Shown one piece after another: positions 9,540 to 18,687 of a DNA stretch of 64,000 bases. Below the pieces are notes generated by a model that saw only the letters and a list, made by a program, of their open reading frames with translations, was not told the origin of the DNA and searched no databases. Position 1 is the stretch's first letter. Every line of letters begins with the position of its first letter. Both the position numbers and the translations under genes were made by a program. The stretch is from assembly GCF_965641715.1 (NCBI RefSeq), contig NZ_OZ282453.1; one strand, given 5' to 3'. Source of the stretch: Escherichia coli. Its GTDB lineage: Bacteria; Pseudomonadota; Gammaproteobacteria; Enterobacterales; Enterobacteriaceae.

Positions 9540-10076
9540 ATGTCATTTATCAAAACTTTTTCTGGGAAGCATTTTTATTATGACAGGATAAATAAAGACG
9601 ACATCGATATTAACGATATCGCGGTTTCCCTTTCAAATATCTGTCGCTTTGCCGGTCATCTTTCGCACTTCTACAGCGTCGCCCAACATGCGGTTCTTTG
9701 CAGCCAGCTGGTGCCGCAGGAATTTGCTTTTGAAGCGTTAATGCATGATGCAACAGAAGCGTATTGCCAGGACATTCCCGCACCACTGAAACGCCTTCTT
9801 CCTGACTATAAACGGATGGAAGAAAAAATAGACGCCGTAATCCGTGAGAAATACGGGTTACCCCCGGTTATGAGTACACCCGTGAAATATGCCGATCTCA
9901 TCATGCTGGCAACCGAACGCCGCGATCTCGGGCTTGATGATGGCTCTTTCTGGCCTGTACTGGAAGGCATCCCGGCAACAGAGATGTTCAACGTGATTCC
10001 ACTGGCACCGGGCCATGCCTACGGGATGTTTATGGAACGTTTTAACGATTTATCGGAGTTACGCAAATGCGCATGA
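9540..10076 (+). CDS. HD-domain 5'-deoxynucleotidase (YfdR-like)
   Basis: 178 aa starting MSFIKTFSGKHFYYD; HD motif region HFYSVAQHAV ... MHDATEAY. Confidence 0.6.
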   Translation: MSFIKTFSGKHFYYDRINKDDIDINDIAVSLSNICRFAGHLSHFYSVAQHAVLCSQLVPQEFAFEALMHDATEAYCQDIPAPLKRLLPDYKRMEEKIDAVIREKYGLPPVMSTPVKYADLIMLATERRDLGLDDGSFWPVLEGIPATEMFNVIPLAPGHAYGMFMERFNDLSELRKCA

Positions 10077-10429
10077 ATGTTTTCGAAATGGAAGGGTTTC
10101 TTCGCGGGAAATGTGTACCGCGAGATCTGAAAGTGAACGAAACAAATGCTGAGTACCTGGTACGTAAATTCGACGCGCTTGAAGCTAAATGTGCGGCACT
10201 GGAAAACAAAATAATACCAGTGTCAACTGAACTGCCACCAGCAAATGAAAGTGTTCTGTTATTTGATGCTAATGGAGAAGGCTGGCTGATTGGCTGGCGT
10301 TCTCTCTGGTACACCTGGGGACAAAAAGAAACCGGAGAATGGCAGTGGACATTTCAGGTCGGGGACCTTGAAAACTTCAATATCACTCACTGGGCAGTAA
10401 TGCCCAAAGCGCCGGAGGCTGGAGCATAA
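10067..10429 (+). CDS. YfdS-like phage protein
   Basis: 120 aa; overlaps neighbours by 10 nt and 1 nt, suggesting coupled translation. Confidence 0.4.
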   Translation: MRMNVFEMEGFLRGKCVPRDLKVNETNAEYLVRKFDALEAKCAALENKIIPVSTELPPANESVLLFDANGEGWLIGWRSLWYTWGQKETGEWQWTFQVGDLENFNITHWAVMPKAPEAGA

Positions 10430-11049
10430 TGACCACATTTACCAATAAAGAACTGATTAAAGAAATCAAAGAACGAATCAGCAGCCTAGAGGTTCGAGAC
10501 GATATTGAGCGCCGTGCTTATGAAATTGCTCTGGCATCGCTGGAAGAGGAGCCGGTGGCATGGCTGCATTCAGACAATGGCTTAGGTATTCCGGCAATAA
10601 CCAGGAGCAAAAACATTGCTGACAGTTGGTTATCAATGGGCTGGTATGTTCAGCCGCTATATATAGCCAAGCCAGTACTGGTGGTGCCAGATGCTCGTCC
10701 GTCTTTAAATAATGGCATAGTCGGTTTTGATGAAGGCTGGAACGCCTGCCGCGCCACCATGCTTCATGGTGCCAAACCTGTAAGCCAGACTTACAAGTTG
10801 AACAAGCTGCCGGGCAACTCTCCGGTAACTCAGGATGGTTGGATAAGCTGTAGTGAGCGAATGCCGAACGATAAACAGTATGTTTGGTGTTGGGGTAAGT
10901 CTTACGGCTGGACTGAGTGCGATACCTTCGAAGGGTATTACGATTGGTCGAGAAACAAATGGTGGGCAGTTACTGACGATGGGGAAGAACCGGCATCGAA
11001 AGTAACCCACTGGATGCCGCTACCGGAGCCACCGCAGGAGGTGAAGTAA
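10429..11049 (+). CDS. Phage protein with DUF551-like C-terminus (YfdT-like)
   Basis: 206 aa; C-terminal WWAVTDDGEEPASKVTHWMPLPEPP resembles DUF551. Confidence 0.4.
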   Translation: MTTFTNKELIKEIKERISSLEVRDDIERRAYEIALASLEEEPVAWLHSDNGLGIPAITRSKNIADSWLSMGWYVQPLYIAKPVLVVPDARPSLNNGIVGFDEGWNACRATMLHGAKPVSQTYKLNKLPGNSPVTQDGWISCSERMPNDKQYVWCWGKSYGWTECDTFEGYYDWSRNKWWAVTDDGEEPASKVTHWMPLPEPPQEVK

Positions 11050-11243
11050 TGAACAACTTAATGACAACTAAACAAGTCGCCGACTTCTGTGGCGTTTCAG
11101 TATCGACCGTTCTTCGCTGGAACAGCGTAAACAGGAGAACTGGCCAGAAATACAGGCCTGACTTTCCAGATCCTGATATTAAATCCTGCCCAAATAAATG
11201 GGCATCACGCAAGATATACAGGTTTGCTGGAGTTATTGAGTGA
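11049..11243 (+). CDS. AlpA-family HTH protein / putative excisionase
   Basis: 64 aa; TTKQVADFCGVSVSTVLRWN HTH typical of AlpA/Xis-like regulators; lies upstream of the int region. Confidence 0.55.
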   Translation: MNNLMTTKQVADFCGVSVSTVLRWNSVNRRTGQKYRPDFPDPDIKSCPNKWASRKIYRFAGVIE

Positions 11244-11278
11244 TGGGTATTAGCTCATATCAGAACTAATACCCATCA
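11241..11278. promoter_or_regulatory. Perfect 13-bp inverted repeat immediately after the xis-like stop codon
   Basis: TGATGGGTATTAG-N12-CTAATACCCATCA; no T-run follows, so a protein-binding site or RNA stem is as likely as a terminator. Confidence 0.3.
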
Positions 11279-11445
11279 ATGACACAGAGCCAACTACCCA
11301 CCCTGTGTCAGGGGCTAACTTTTAACACCATAATTCACCGCTAGATAAAAACTGTATTGCATTGCACGAGCGGCGCAGCATTATCAGTTAGAGTGTCTTT
11401 ACCTTGTTAGGCTCCACAGTTCGCACTGTCCAACGCCTGTCACTT

Positions 11446-14400
11446 TCACACGCTGCGCCTTCGAGAATATTCATTTAATCGCTGATAACGAACATCTTGC
11501 TCCAGTTGTGGAGCAGCTTGAACAATTTGAAGCAAGCATTGCCCCAACTCTCGAGGCCCCCAGTGTTGTTCGGCAATCACGGCATTCAGCAGGGATAGAG
11601 CGTCCGCAGGATATCGGCTGCAAATATCTGATTCTAGCAAAAGGCGAACGTCGTAGCTAAGGTGTTCGAGCGGTTGCAGCCAGTCCTGCACCACTGCCAA
11701 AGCCGCCGGAAATTCACCTCGGGCAGCAATCACCATACGAGTCAACGATTCGGATATGCGTGGGGTGGCCAAGTTGCGGGACTTTGGCCAAACCTGTTGC
11801 CAAAATGGCTGGACACGATTTTTCCAATACTCCTCGCGCTGATCGCCCGCACCTTCAAGTGCCTGGTATAACGCCTGCGCGGCTACCTCCAGACCTTCTT
11901 GTGGAAGAGCACTAATTGCCGTTCGGAACTCCTCCACGGTATATCCCTCGGTAGGGCCCAGAGCTGCATAAGTCAGGAAAATAGCGAATTGCTGCCGGTG
12001 CTCGCCAAGATCAGAATAGTGATTGGCGCTCTCCAAAAAATCTGACTTGAAAGCTATCAGCAACGGTTCATACAGGCGTGGCGACCAGAGGAAGCCTTCC
12101 CACACAGCTTTTGCTTCGACGGGATTACTCCAAGCAAACAAGGGCAATAGATACTGTTCGGTCCAAGGTCGATCTACGCGAAAAAATGCGATCAGCCGCG
12201 ACCCCAGCAACACCCGACCATGGCGGAATAGCTCTATCTGTACATTACACAATTTGGTGAAAAGTGTTTTCAATTCAACAGGAAGCAAATCATTGTCATT
12301 CGGGTTCTGTTTGAACCATAGGGTGATCAGTGATTGCGTGACATGCCCAATGGGATGATTGATCGCCGTAGAAACAGGATCATAGGTCTCAATTCCGTTT
12401 CGAATGGTGCTAGACTCTGGGCTTGTTTCTATCATCAGAACCCGACGACAAAGGGCCAGTAGAATCTCCTCGTGGCAGAGGATGGTCTTCGAAGCCTCCT
12501 CCATCCACCAAGTGACAGCGTGGGAAATCTCCTGAAGTACTGCGTCAGGCATGTCAAGCACCAACGGTGCGGCGTACCGCCACGAACGCAAAATCATCCC
12601 TGGTTCAGCCCAAGTCTGCAGAGCTTCACGCCACCGACCAACAGGCCACACATCATCTTGTGATAGTTTACGTAACGCATACAGACTGTGAAAAAAGCGC
12701 GTACGGCAAACATCACTCCAAGTGTCCTCATAGAAAGGCAGTCTTTCTGGCATAGGCTTTGCGAGCCATTGCACTAATTCCTGCCACTTACGGGGCGCAA
12801 TGTCGACATCTATACTCTCCTCGAAGCCTGGATCACCGGTTCCGCTCATCCAGTGAGAGAATTCATCACGCTCGTTGGTTGCCAGTTGCCATTTTGGGTA
12901 TGCTGTGGATATTTCCGTCAAACGTGTAGCCGCAGACTCTCCCAAAACAAGGCCCGCTCCCCTGAGCTTCTCTAGACACAACCAGACGGAATGAGCCACC
13001 AAATAATGCCACCTGTCTGCTTCCAAATTATCCTCGTACATCTCGCGCGGAGGCCCTGCCAAGATAGCAGTTTCCAGACGCTCTTGTGCAATTCCTGTCA
13101 GATGTCGTCCCTGCAAAACAAACAGTCTGAATACCTCTCGCCGAGTATCCGTGGCCCACAACCACCATGAACCGTCCTCTAACAACCAATTAACCCACCG
13201 CTCAGGTGGTATGCAGTTGTCTTGGCTTGCGGCAAACAGTGCCAGACGTTTGAAGGTGGGATATGGCAACTCAAACCAATTCTGAGCAATGCGCGAGGCC
13301 TGATCGCTGTCTTTGGCTCGAACGGCTAACCATGAATCCCGAAGTAATTCAATCAGGCTCACCCAATCGCGGAACCCCCGGTTCTGCCAGTGCGGAGTGA
13401 TGGACGGCAAATCCCAATGCGAGCGGTCGTGACGATCGTCGGACTCTCCCAACTCCCGCAACAAGTCCAGTGCATCACGCAACAACTGCTGAAAATCTTC
13501 CAACAGGTATGGCAAGGACGATTTCCATGACTCGTCAGCAAGGTCGAACAGGGTTGAACGTACGTAATCAGCAGTCAGCACCAGCTCCCAATCCACCAAT
13601 TGCTTGATTCGCAAGGGTTCATCAGTGCTGCTCGAATCGTCTTCACTATAGCGAAACGGCCGCCTCAACATAACCTTGGGAGAAAGCAACTCGCGTAACT
13701 CCAAGCGCAATGTAGTCGTCAAGCCTTCATTCTTTAAGCGGTTTTGCCAACGATACAAATCCAGGTTCTGCAATGGCGATTTCACACGACCACTAAGCAG
13801 AAGCCGCCATAAAGTAGACATAGGTGGACCAGGAATAGCCAGGGGGGAATGCAAGAGAATTTCATCTAACTCAGAAGTCTTACGCTCCCGCATCAGTGCT
13901 GCTAAGCGATCTAGTTCGCTCTCAATCAGAAACATCCAACGGTCGTGTATTTGTCCGCCGCGTTCAGCAATCCATATGATCAACCTAGGGTCGCCCAGAT
14001 AACGAACTAGCCAACGGGCTATATGGGACATTACGTCATCCCATTTGCTAGCACTGACACATCCAGAAACCAGCGACATCTGCGGGGCCAGCTCATAGGG
14101 CGCAGGACGCTGAACCAGACTGAATCGGAGTTTCGGGTCAATTTCGACATGCGGAGATACACAAAAGCGTGGCAGATCGCTGTATTTAAATCGTTCGTCC
14201 GAGAAAGCTTTCAATAACCAATCCAGCGGCGGTGCAGGATTGAGTTCCGCAAAGCGTTTTGCTGGTAAACCTGATTTATCTGACAAGGCCCACAACATCC
14301 GACCAACGAAATCGTCCTGACGAGTGCTGTCCTGCGGGCGGGCCAGAGCATGTTTGACGACTATAGCCTCTTTGCCCTGTATACCATCTCGATAAGTATC

Positions 14401-15273
14401 TGCCCAAGCGTGCAACGTTTGATGCAGCACTGAATGATCAGTGGAGCTCGCCGGTACGGTGTAAAGGATAGGAGTGACCCCTTTGGCCTCCCACTCGATG
14501 GCTTTCCGGTGCTCCTGCCCCGGCTCACACTCCCCCAGTGCCCATACTTGTGGTGTGACTTCACCGAGCCTCCGATCTGCTGCAAGCGCATCCATCATGT
14601 AGCGCAGTACCGGGTCGTTGATGCTGTAGCCAACGAAGCAGACCACATAGTTACGAAATAACTCACTCACAAAGCGAGCTGCCCAACGCTCAGTGAGATA
14701 AGCCAAGCCAAAGTCACCGCTGGTAACAACCAGACGATTCAGGGCAGTATCATCCGCCTTTTCCGGTAACAGCCCATGCAGGTATACAAGTCCATCCCAG
14801 CGGCTGTTTTTTGGAATTGGCAGCATCGGCGCTACATAGGCCTGAAAAGCCTGGCCTGTACGTTTAGCTGCCACATGAAAGAGACGGTCAAAGTTGGTAG
14901 TGACCAATCGAAGGGCACCCTCGCGGCTACGGGCTAAACGTAACAGCGCCGCCTGAGTATCAATAGCGCCCCTACGACGGAGCTTTGGCTTAAGGGCTTT
15001 TTCCAACGCGCGTCGGACGGCTATACGCTGCCCTGGTAAGCGCCGTTCCAGCAAATCTAATGTGCCGTCAAATTGCCCACGCTCGAAAACCTCACGCTCA
15101 ATTTCTGAAAGTGTTGTTCCGTTCCTCTGGTAAATTAGTTCTACCAACCCTTTGAAACCAGGTAAACCAGCAGGGTAGGAAATGCCTGCTCCACAGAAGA
15201 ACACAACGCGCCCTTCCTCGTGCGCCTGCAAAAGCTCATCAGGAATATCAGGGCCGTTGGTAATGAATTGCAT
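11446..15273 (-). CDS. Large SIR2-like domain protein (N-terminal SIR2-type NADase-like domain plus about 1000-aa C-terminal domain of unknown function); candidate anti-phage defence protein
   Basis: 1275-aa ORF; N-terminal motifs VVFFCGAGISYPAGLP, VTTNFDRL, VYLHG, VCFVGYSINDP; no P-loop seen downstream; sits between xis-like and int. Confidence 0.6.
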   Translation of the reverse strand: MQFITNGPDIPDELLQAHEEGRVVFFCGAGISYPAGLPGFKGLVELIYQRNGTTLSEIEREVFERGQFDGTLDLLERRLPGQRIAVRRALEKALKPKLRRRGAIDTQAALLRLARSREGALRLVTTNFDRLFHVAAKRTGQAFQAYVAPMLPIPKNSRWDGLVYLHGLLPEKADDTALNRLVVTSGDFGLAYLTERWAARFVSELFRNYVVCFVGYSINDPVLRYMMDALAADRRLGEVTPQVWALGECEPGQEHRKAIEWEAKGVTPILYTVPASSTDHSVLHQTLHAWADTYRDGIQGKEAIVVKHALARPQDSTRQDDFVGRMLWALSDKSGLPAKRFAELNPAPPLDWLLKAFSDERFKYSDLPRFCVSPHVEIDPKLRFSLVQRPAPYELAPQMSLVSGCVSASKWDDVMSHIARWLVRYLGDPRLIIWIAERGGQIHDRWMFLIESELDRLAALMRERKTSELDEILLHSPLAIPGPPMSTLWRLLLSGRVKSPLQNLDLYRWQNRLKNEGLTTTLRLELRELLSPKVMLRRPFRYSEDDSSSTDEPLRIKQLVDWELVLTADYVRSTLFDLADESWKSSLPYLLEDFQQLLRDALDLLRELGESDDRHDRSHWDLPSITPHWQNRGFRDWVSLIELLRDSWLAVRAKDSDQASRIAQNWFELPYPTFKRLALFAASQDNCIPPERWVNWLLEDGSWWLWATDTRREVFRLFVLQGRHLTGIAQERLETAILAGPPREMYEDNLEADRWHYLVAHSVWLCLEKLRGAGLVLGESAATRLTEISTAYPKWQLATNERDEFSHWMSGTGDPGFEESIDVDIAPRKWQELVQWLAKPMPERLPFYEDTWSDVCRTRFFHSLYALRKLSQDDVWPVGRWREALQTWAEPGMILRSWRYAAPLVLDMPDAVLQEISHAVTWWMEEASKTILCHEEILLALCRRVLMIETSPESSTIRNGIETYDPVSTAINHPIGHVTQSLITLWFKQNPNDNDLLPVELKTLFTKLCNVQIELFRHGRVLLGSRLIAFFRVDRPWTEQYLLPLFAWSNPVEAKAVWEGFLWSPRLYEPLLIAFKSDFLESANHYSDLGEHRQQFAIFLTYAALGPTEGYTVEEFRTAISALPQEGLEVAAQALYQALEGAGDQREEYWKNRVQPFWQQVWPKSRNLATPRISESLTRMVIAARGEFPAALAVVQDWLQPLEHLSYDVRLLLESDICSRYPADALSLLNAVIAEQHWGPRELGQCLLQIVQAAPQLEQDVRYQRLNEYSRRRSV

Positions 15274-15455
15274 TCCTTTTCCTCCTATCCAATGTGCACG
15301 TTCATTCGAGTAAATGAAGGCAAGGGGTTACATCTTATTATACCGACCGTGCAAATCCGGCTTCCTAGCAAGCTACTTTACTTGCCAACTCATAATGTCC
15401 GAACTCCGAACAAAGCGGACTGCTAGATTTGATTGCGTTCTAGCTACGCAAAATA

Positions 15456-16679
15456 TCATTTCGAGCCTGAACGAGTACAAGTAACAATCGATTCAACTCT
15501 CTCCCACCATGCCTGGTAGGCTTTACGCTGTTCTTCTAGATAATCACTCTTGTCATAAACTTGCCATACACCTGGCAGTTTATGACCGAGCATTATTTCA
15601 GCAATATGAGGCGCAGTAAGATCAGAAAAGTTTGTTCGTGCTGTTCGTCTCAAATCATGAAGAGACCAATGAGGAAATTGATACCCCAAACGCCGCCATG
15701 CGTACTGCATTAAATTGTAAGGCAGCGACTGCAATGATGTCCGACCAACTGGTTCCCTGCTTCCTTCCTTAGTAAAAAGCATATCGGAACCGTTGTTCAT
15801 AGAGATAACGTATTTTATAAGCTCTTCAACCGGTTCAATAATGGGCCGCTTTAGCGGTTTGCCTGTTATATCCCCTGTCTTATGTCGTTCTGGTGGTACA
15901 GTCCATATTTTATTAATGAAATCAAAATCGTCCACCTTGGCAGTAATTAGCTCTGAACTACGGCAACCAAAATGCAGCAATAGTTTAATGAAGGCCCGGT
16001 ATTTAGGAACCATTCGAGAACCATCGATCGCAGCATAAAGGATTTTAATTTCATCATGTGTCAGAAACCGTTTCTTCTGACCTTTACGGATATCCATATC
16101 TTTACCCGTGATATCCGACAGCGGGCGAGTTTCAATGAGCTTTCTCTTATACGCCCAGACATGGGCCTGCTTTGCGTTAATTAGCAATCGGTCTGCTATT
16201 GCTGGAGTCTTAGTGCTAAGAGGCTCCAGGACTTCTAACCAATCATGCAATGTAGCTGCATCGTGAGGGATATTCCCGATTTTAGAGAACAGGTGCAGCT
16301 CAAACGAGCGGAGTATCTGTTCAGAACCTTTTTTATTTTTTACACAATATGCTTCATACCAAGCACGGATCACAGATTCTACCGTCATGGCTTCAGTAGC
16401 TTTACGTTTTTCTGCCAGCTTGACCAATCGTGGATTGCGGTTTGACTCGAGTTCACCACGAAGACGGATAACTTCTTCTCTGGCCTCTTTTAGTCCAGTT
16501 GCCGGGTAAGTTCCGATATCAAGACGCTCACCTTTCCCCGCCCACTGATAACGATATTGGAACACTACGCGACCTTTCGGTGATACTCTAACAGACAGAC
16601 CATCACGATCGGATTTAACCAAAACCTTATCACGTTCCTTTCCAACGACTGAACGCAACCACGCATCAGACAGCGCCAT
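15456..16679 (-). CDS. int: Tyrosine recombinase / phage integrase with N-terminal arm-binding domain
   Basis: 407 aa; N-terminus typical of P4/CP4-57-like integrases; catalytic region with HDLRRT and LGHK motifs. Confidence 0.85.
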   Translation of the reverse strand: MALSDAWLRSVVGKERDKVLVKSDRDGLSVRVSPKGRVVFQYRYQWAGKGERLDIGTYPATGLKEAREEVIRLRGELESNRNPRLVKLAEKRKATEAMTVESVIRAWYEAYCVKNKKGSEQILRSFELHLFSKIGNIPHDAATLHDWLEVLEPLSTKTPAIADRLLINAKQAHVWAYKRKLIETRPLSDITGKDMDIRKGQKKRFLTHDEIKILYAAIDGSRMVPKYRAFIKLLLHFGCRSSELITAKVDDFDFINKIWTVPPERHKTGDITGKPLKRPIIEPVEELIKYVISMNNGSDMLFTKEGSREPVGRTSLQSLPYNLMQYAWRRLGYQFPHWSLHDLRRTARTNFSDLTAPHIAEIMLGHKLPGVWQVYDKSDYLEEQRKAYQAWWERVESIVTCTRSGSK

Positions 16680-16685
16680 TACTCA

Positions 16686-16750
16686 CCTTGTACAAATAAC
16701 AAAAAACCTCTGCTGTTTTGTACATTATGTACAAGCACATGTACAGATTT
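16686..16750. promoter_or_regulatory. Cluster of TTGTACA motifs, including a perfect palindrome, upstream of int; possible operator, arm site or att-proximal region
   Basis: TTGTACA at 16688; TTGTACAttaTGTACAA at 16717-16733; TGTACA at 16740; AT-rich region 16680-16900. Confidence 0.35.
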
Positions 16751-17064
16751 TTGATGAAAGTAACCTGATCAATTTAAAGTTACATGAAAGAATTTTCAAT
16801 CAAAGAAATCACATAACATCATGTTATTAAATGAGTTATATAATTATTACTCAATTAATTGAAAGGATTTTGAAAGAGTAAAAGAGCTTTTATTTGGGCT
16901 TAATTATTGGGGTGAGAAATAATGGCAAAAGTGCGGCGCTTCGCCACCTCTTGCAAATAAGGAGACAACGTCATAATTCTTTCTTCTTGAGTAAGCGGCA
17001 TCGCGCCGCGCTTGTTGAAAACGAAAAATTGCGGCTATTTTACCCATCAACGGGGGGGAGGCAA

Positions 17065-17742
17065 TCAGTGTTTACACAGGAGCTGCTCCAGTTCGTGCAA
17101 CGAAGAAACGGTCCAGGTGGGCGCGATGCCTTCTGGTTGCTCGCGATTGTGCGCATTCAGCCAGCAGGTCGCAAGCCCGGCGTTGATGCCACCGAGAATA
17201 TCGGACTCGGCAGTGTCGCCAACCATCAGCACGCGTGAACGGTCAGGATTGCCCGCCTGTTCCAGCGCATAATCGAAAATTTTCTTATTCGGTTTGGCAA
17301 CGCCAACTTCTTCGGAAATCACCAGCAAATCGAAGTAATCACGCAGGCCCGTCCGTTCCAGACGCACTTGCTGCAAGGCACTAAAACCGTTGGTGATGAT
17401 GCCGATTTTGGCGTTGCCACGAATGGCGTTAAGCAGAGAAACCGCGCCCGGCAGCGGCGTGCAGATTTCCGCCATCGCATTAATAAAGGCTTCGTTGAGT
17501 TTACCCGGCTCGACGTTCAGCCGTTCGGCCCAGCTCTCAAACCGCCCGTGCTGAAGCTGTAATGAAGTGATCGCGCCGTTTTGATAATCCACCCACAGTG
17601 GCTTGTTAACGGCCTGATAGTCCTGAAAATCTTCAGCGGTAAAGGTGACGCTGTAATCAAGAAACATCCGCTGCAGGCCGGTGAATGAGTCAAAGGTAAA
17701 CAGCGTTTCATCGGCATCAAAGAAAATCCAGTCCCACTTCAT
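17065..17742 (-). CDS. yjjG: HAD-family pyrimidine 5'-nucleotidase YjjG
   Basis: 225 aa; starts [15 protein letters not shown] (HAD motif I DxD); matches recalled K-12 YjjG and gene order. Confidence 0.85.
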   Translation of the reverse strand: MKWDWIFFDADETLFTFDSFTGLQRMFLDYSVTFTAEDFQDYQAVNKPLWVDYQNGAITSLQLQHGRFESWAERLNVEPGKLNEAFINAMAEICTPLPGAVSLLNAIRGNAKIGIITNGFSALQQVRLERTGLRDYFDLLVISEEVGVAKPNKKIFDYALEQAGNPDRSRVLMVGDTAESDILGGINAGLATCWLNAHNREQPEGIAPTWTVSSLHELEQLLCKH

Positions 17743-17756
17743 TATTCCACCTTGTC

Positions 17757-18203
17757 TTACATACTGATTGGCAACGCCATGATGATGGCGTCTTCGCGAC
17801 CGTCCGTGGTGGGGTAGTAATTGCGGCGAATCGTCGCCTCGTTAAAGCCTAAACTTTCGTACAGGGCAATGGCGGCAGCATTTGAGGCACGGACTTCCAG
17901 CCATAGTGTCGCCACGCCGCGTTTTTCCAGTTCGTCGATCAGATGTTCCAGTAGCGCCCTTCCCAATCCCTGACGCTGATAGTCAGGATCGACCGCAATA
18001 TTGAACAATGTAGCTTCATCCAGCACCACTTGCGTAATCGCAAACGCCGCCATTTTGCCGTTTTGCGTTAACTGAAAGTTGAGATAACGCTCGCCCTGGT
18101 TGCTGGCAAAGGTTTTTTCACTCCACGGAAAGGCGTGGGCGCGTTGTTCAATGTGGTAAGCCGCTGGTAAATCAGTCGTTTCGAGGGAAGAAATCGTGTT
18201 CAT
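17757..18203 (-). CDS. rimI: Ribosomal protein S18 alanine N-acetyltransferase RimI
   Basis: 148 aa GNAT-fold protein ([13 protein letters not shown]); position between holD and yjjG. Confidence 0.85.
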   Translation of the reverse strand: MNTISSLETTDLPAAYHIEQRAHAFPWSEKTFASNQGERYLNFQLTQNGKMAAFAITQVVLDEATLFNIAVDPDYQRQGLGRALLEHLIDELEKRGVATLWLEVRASNAAAIALYESLGFNEATIRRNYYPTTDGREDAIIMALPISM

Positions 18204-18585
18204 ATGTGCAAATTTGTTGCCATAACGCGGCGCGTGCCGTTGGGTTTGCCCGTAAATCGGTGAGCGCCGGTGATGCCACCTGAGCGCCTTCCAGTGATAG
18301 CGGTTCGTCAGTACCCAACCGCCAGCTGTTGCAGCGACTGCCTTGCGGCAGCATCGCGATTTTTTCTGGCGTCAGTTGCAGCACCTGGTCGGGGCTGACG
18401 GTTAATGCGCGCAGAACATCGCTCACTAAAGGATCAGTCAGGGCGGGAAGATCGTTTGCCACCATCACCAGACGGACGTGTGCCGGGATCGCAATGGCAA
18501 TCTCCCCCTGCAACGCGCCAGGGCGACGCAGCGACCACTGGGTAATGCCCAGTTGCTGTAACTGCCAGTCTCGTCGGGATGTCAT
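18172..18585 (-). CDS. holD: DNA polymerase III psi subunit HolD
   Basis: 137 aa starting MTSRRDWQLQQLGITQW; overlaps rimI as in K-12. Confidence 0.8.
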   Translation of the reverse strand: MTSRRDWQLQQLGITQWSLRRPGALQGEIAIAIPAHVRLVMVANDLPALTDPLVSDVLRALTVSPDQVLQLTPEKIAMLPQGSRCNSWRLGTDEPLSLEGAQVASPALTDLRANPTARAALWQQICTYEHDFFPRND

Positions 18586-18687
18586 AGCGAATCGCTCCTG
18601 TTGTCAGGGGCGCAAATATAGCAAATTCGTCGATACCGCGCCAACATATGGCTATAATCGCCGCCAGTATCAATTGAGGAGCATTCC

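Larger units (their letters stand above)
1..16900. mobile_element. Lambdoid prophage segment (immunity, replication, Q and int modules), truncated at the left window edge; right end near the integrase beside yjjG
   Basis: Lambda-like gene order on the minus strand (cro, cII-like, replication, rusA, Q), divergent cI, plus-strand early-left module, xis-like and int; core gene yjjG begins at 17065. Confidence 0.7.

Noticed and set aside
11446-15273. SIR2-STAND (Avs-type) or pAgo-associated SIR2 assignment for the large protein
   Set aside because: No Walker A/B NTPase motif detected in the translation and no adjacent Argonaute or HerA gene; a DSR-like single-protein architecture fits better
16894-17272. 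Plus-strand ORFs of 114 and 86 aa near the prophage end
   Set aside because: They overlap the 3' end of yjjG on the opposite strand or lie in the AT-rich att-proximal region; no coding signal
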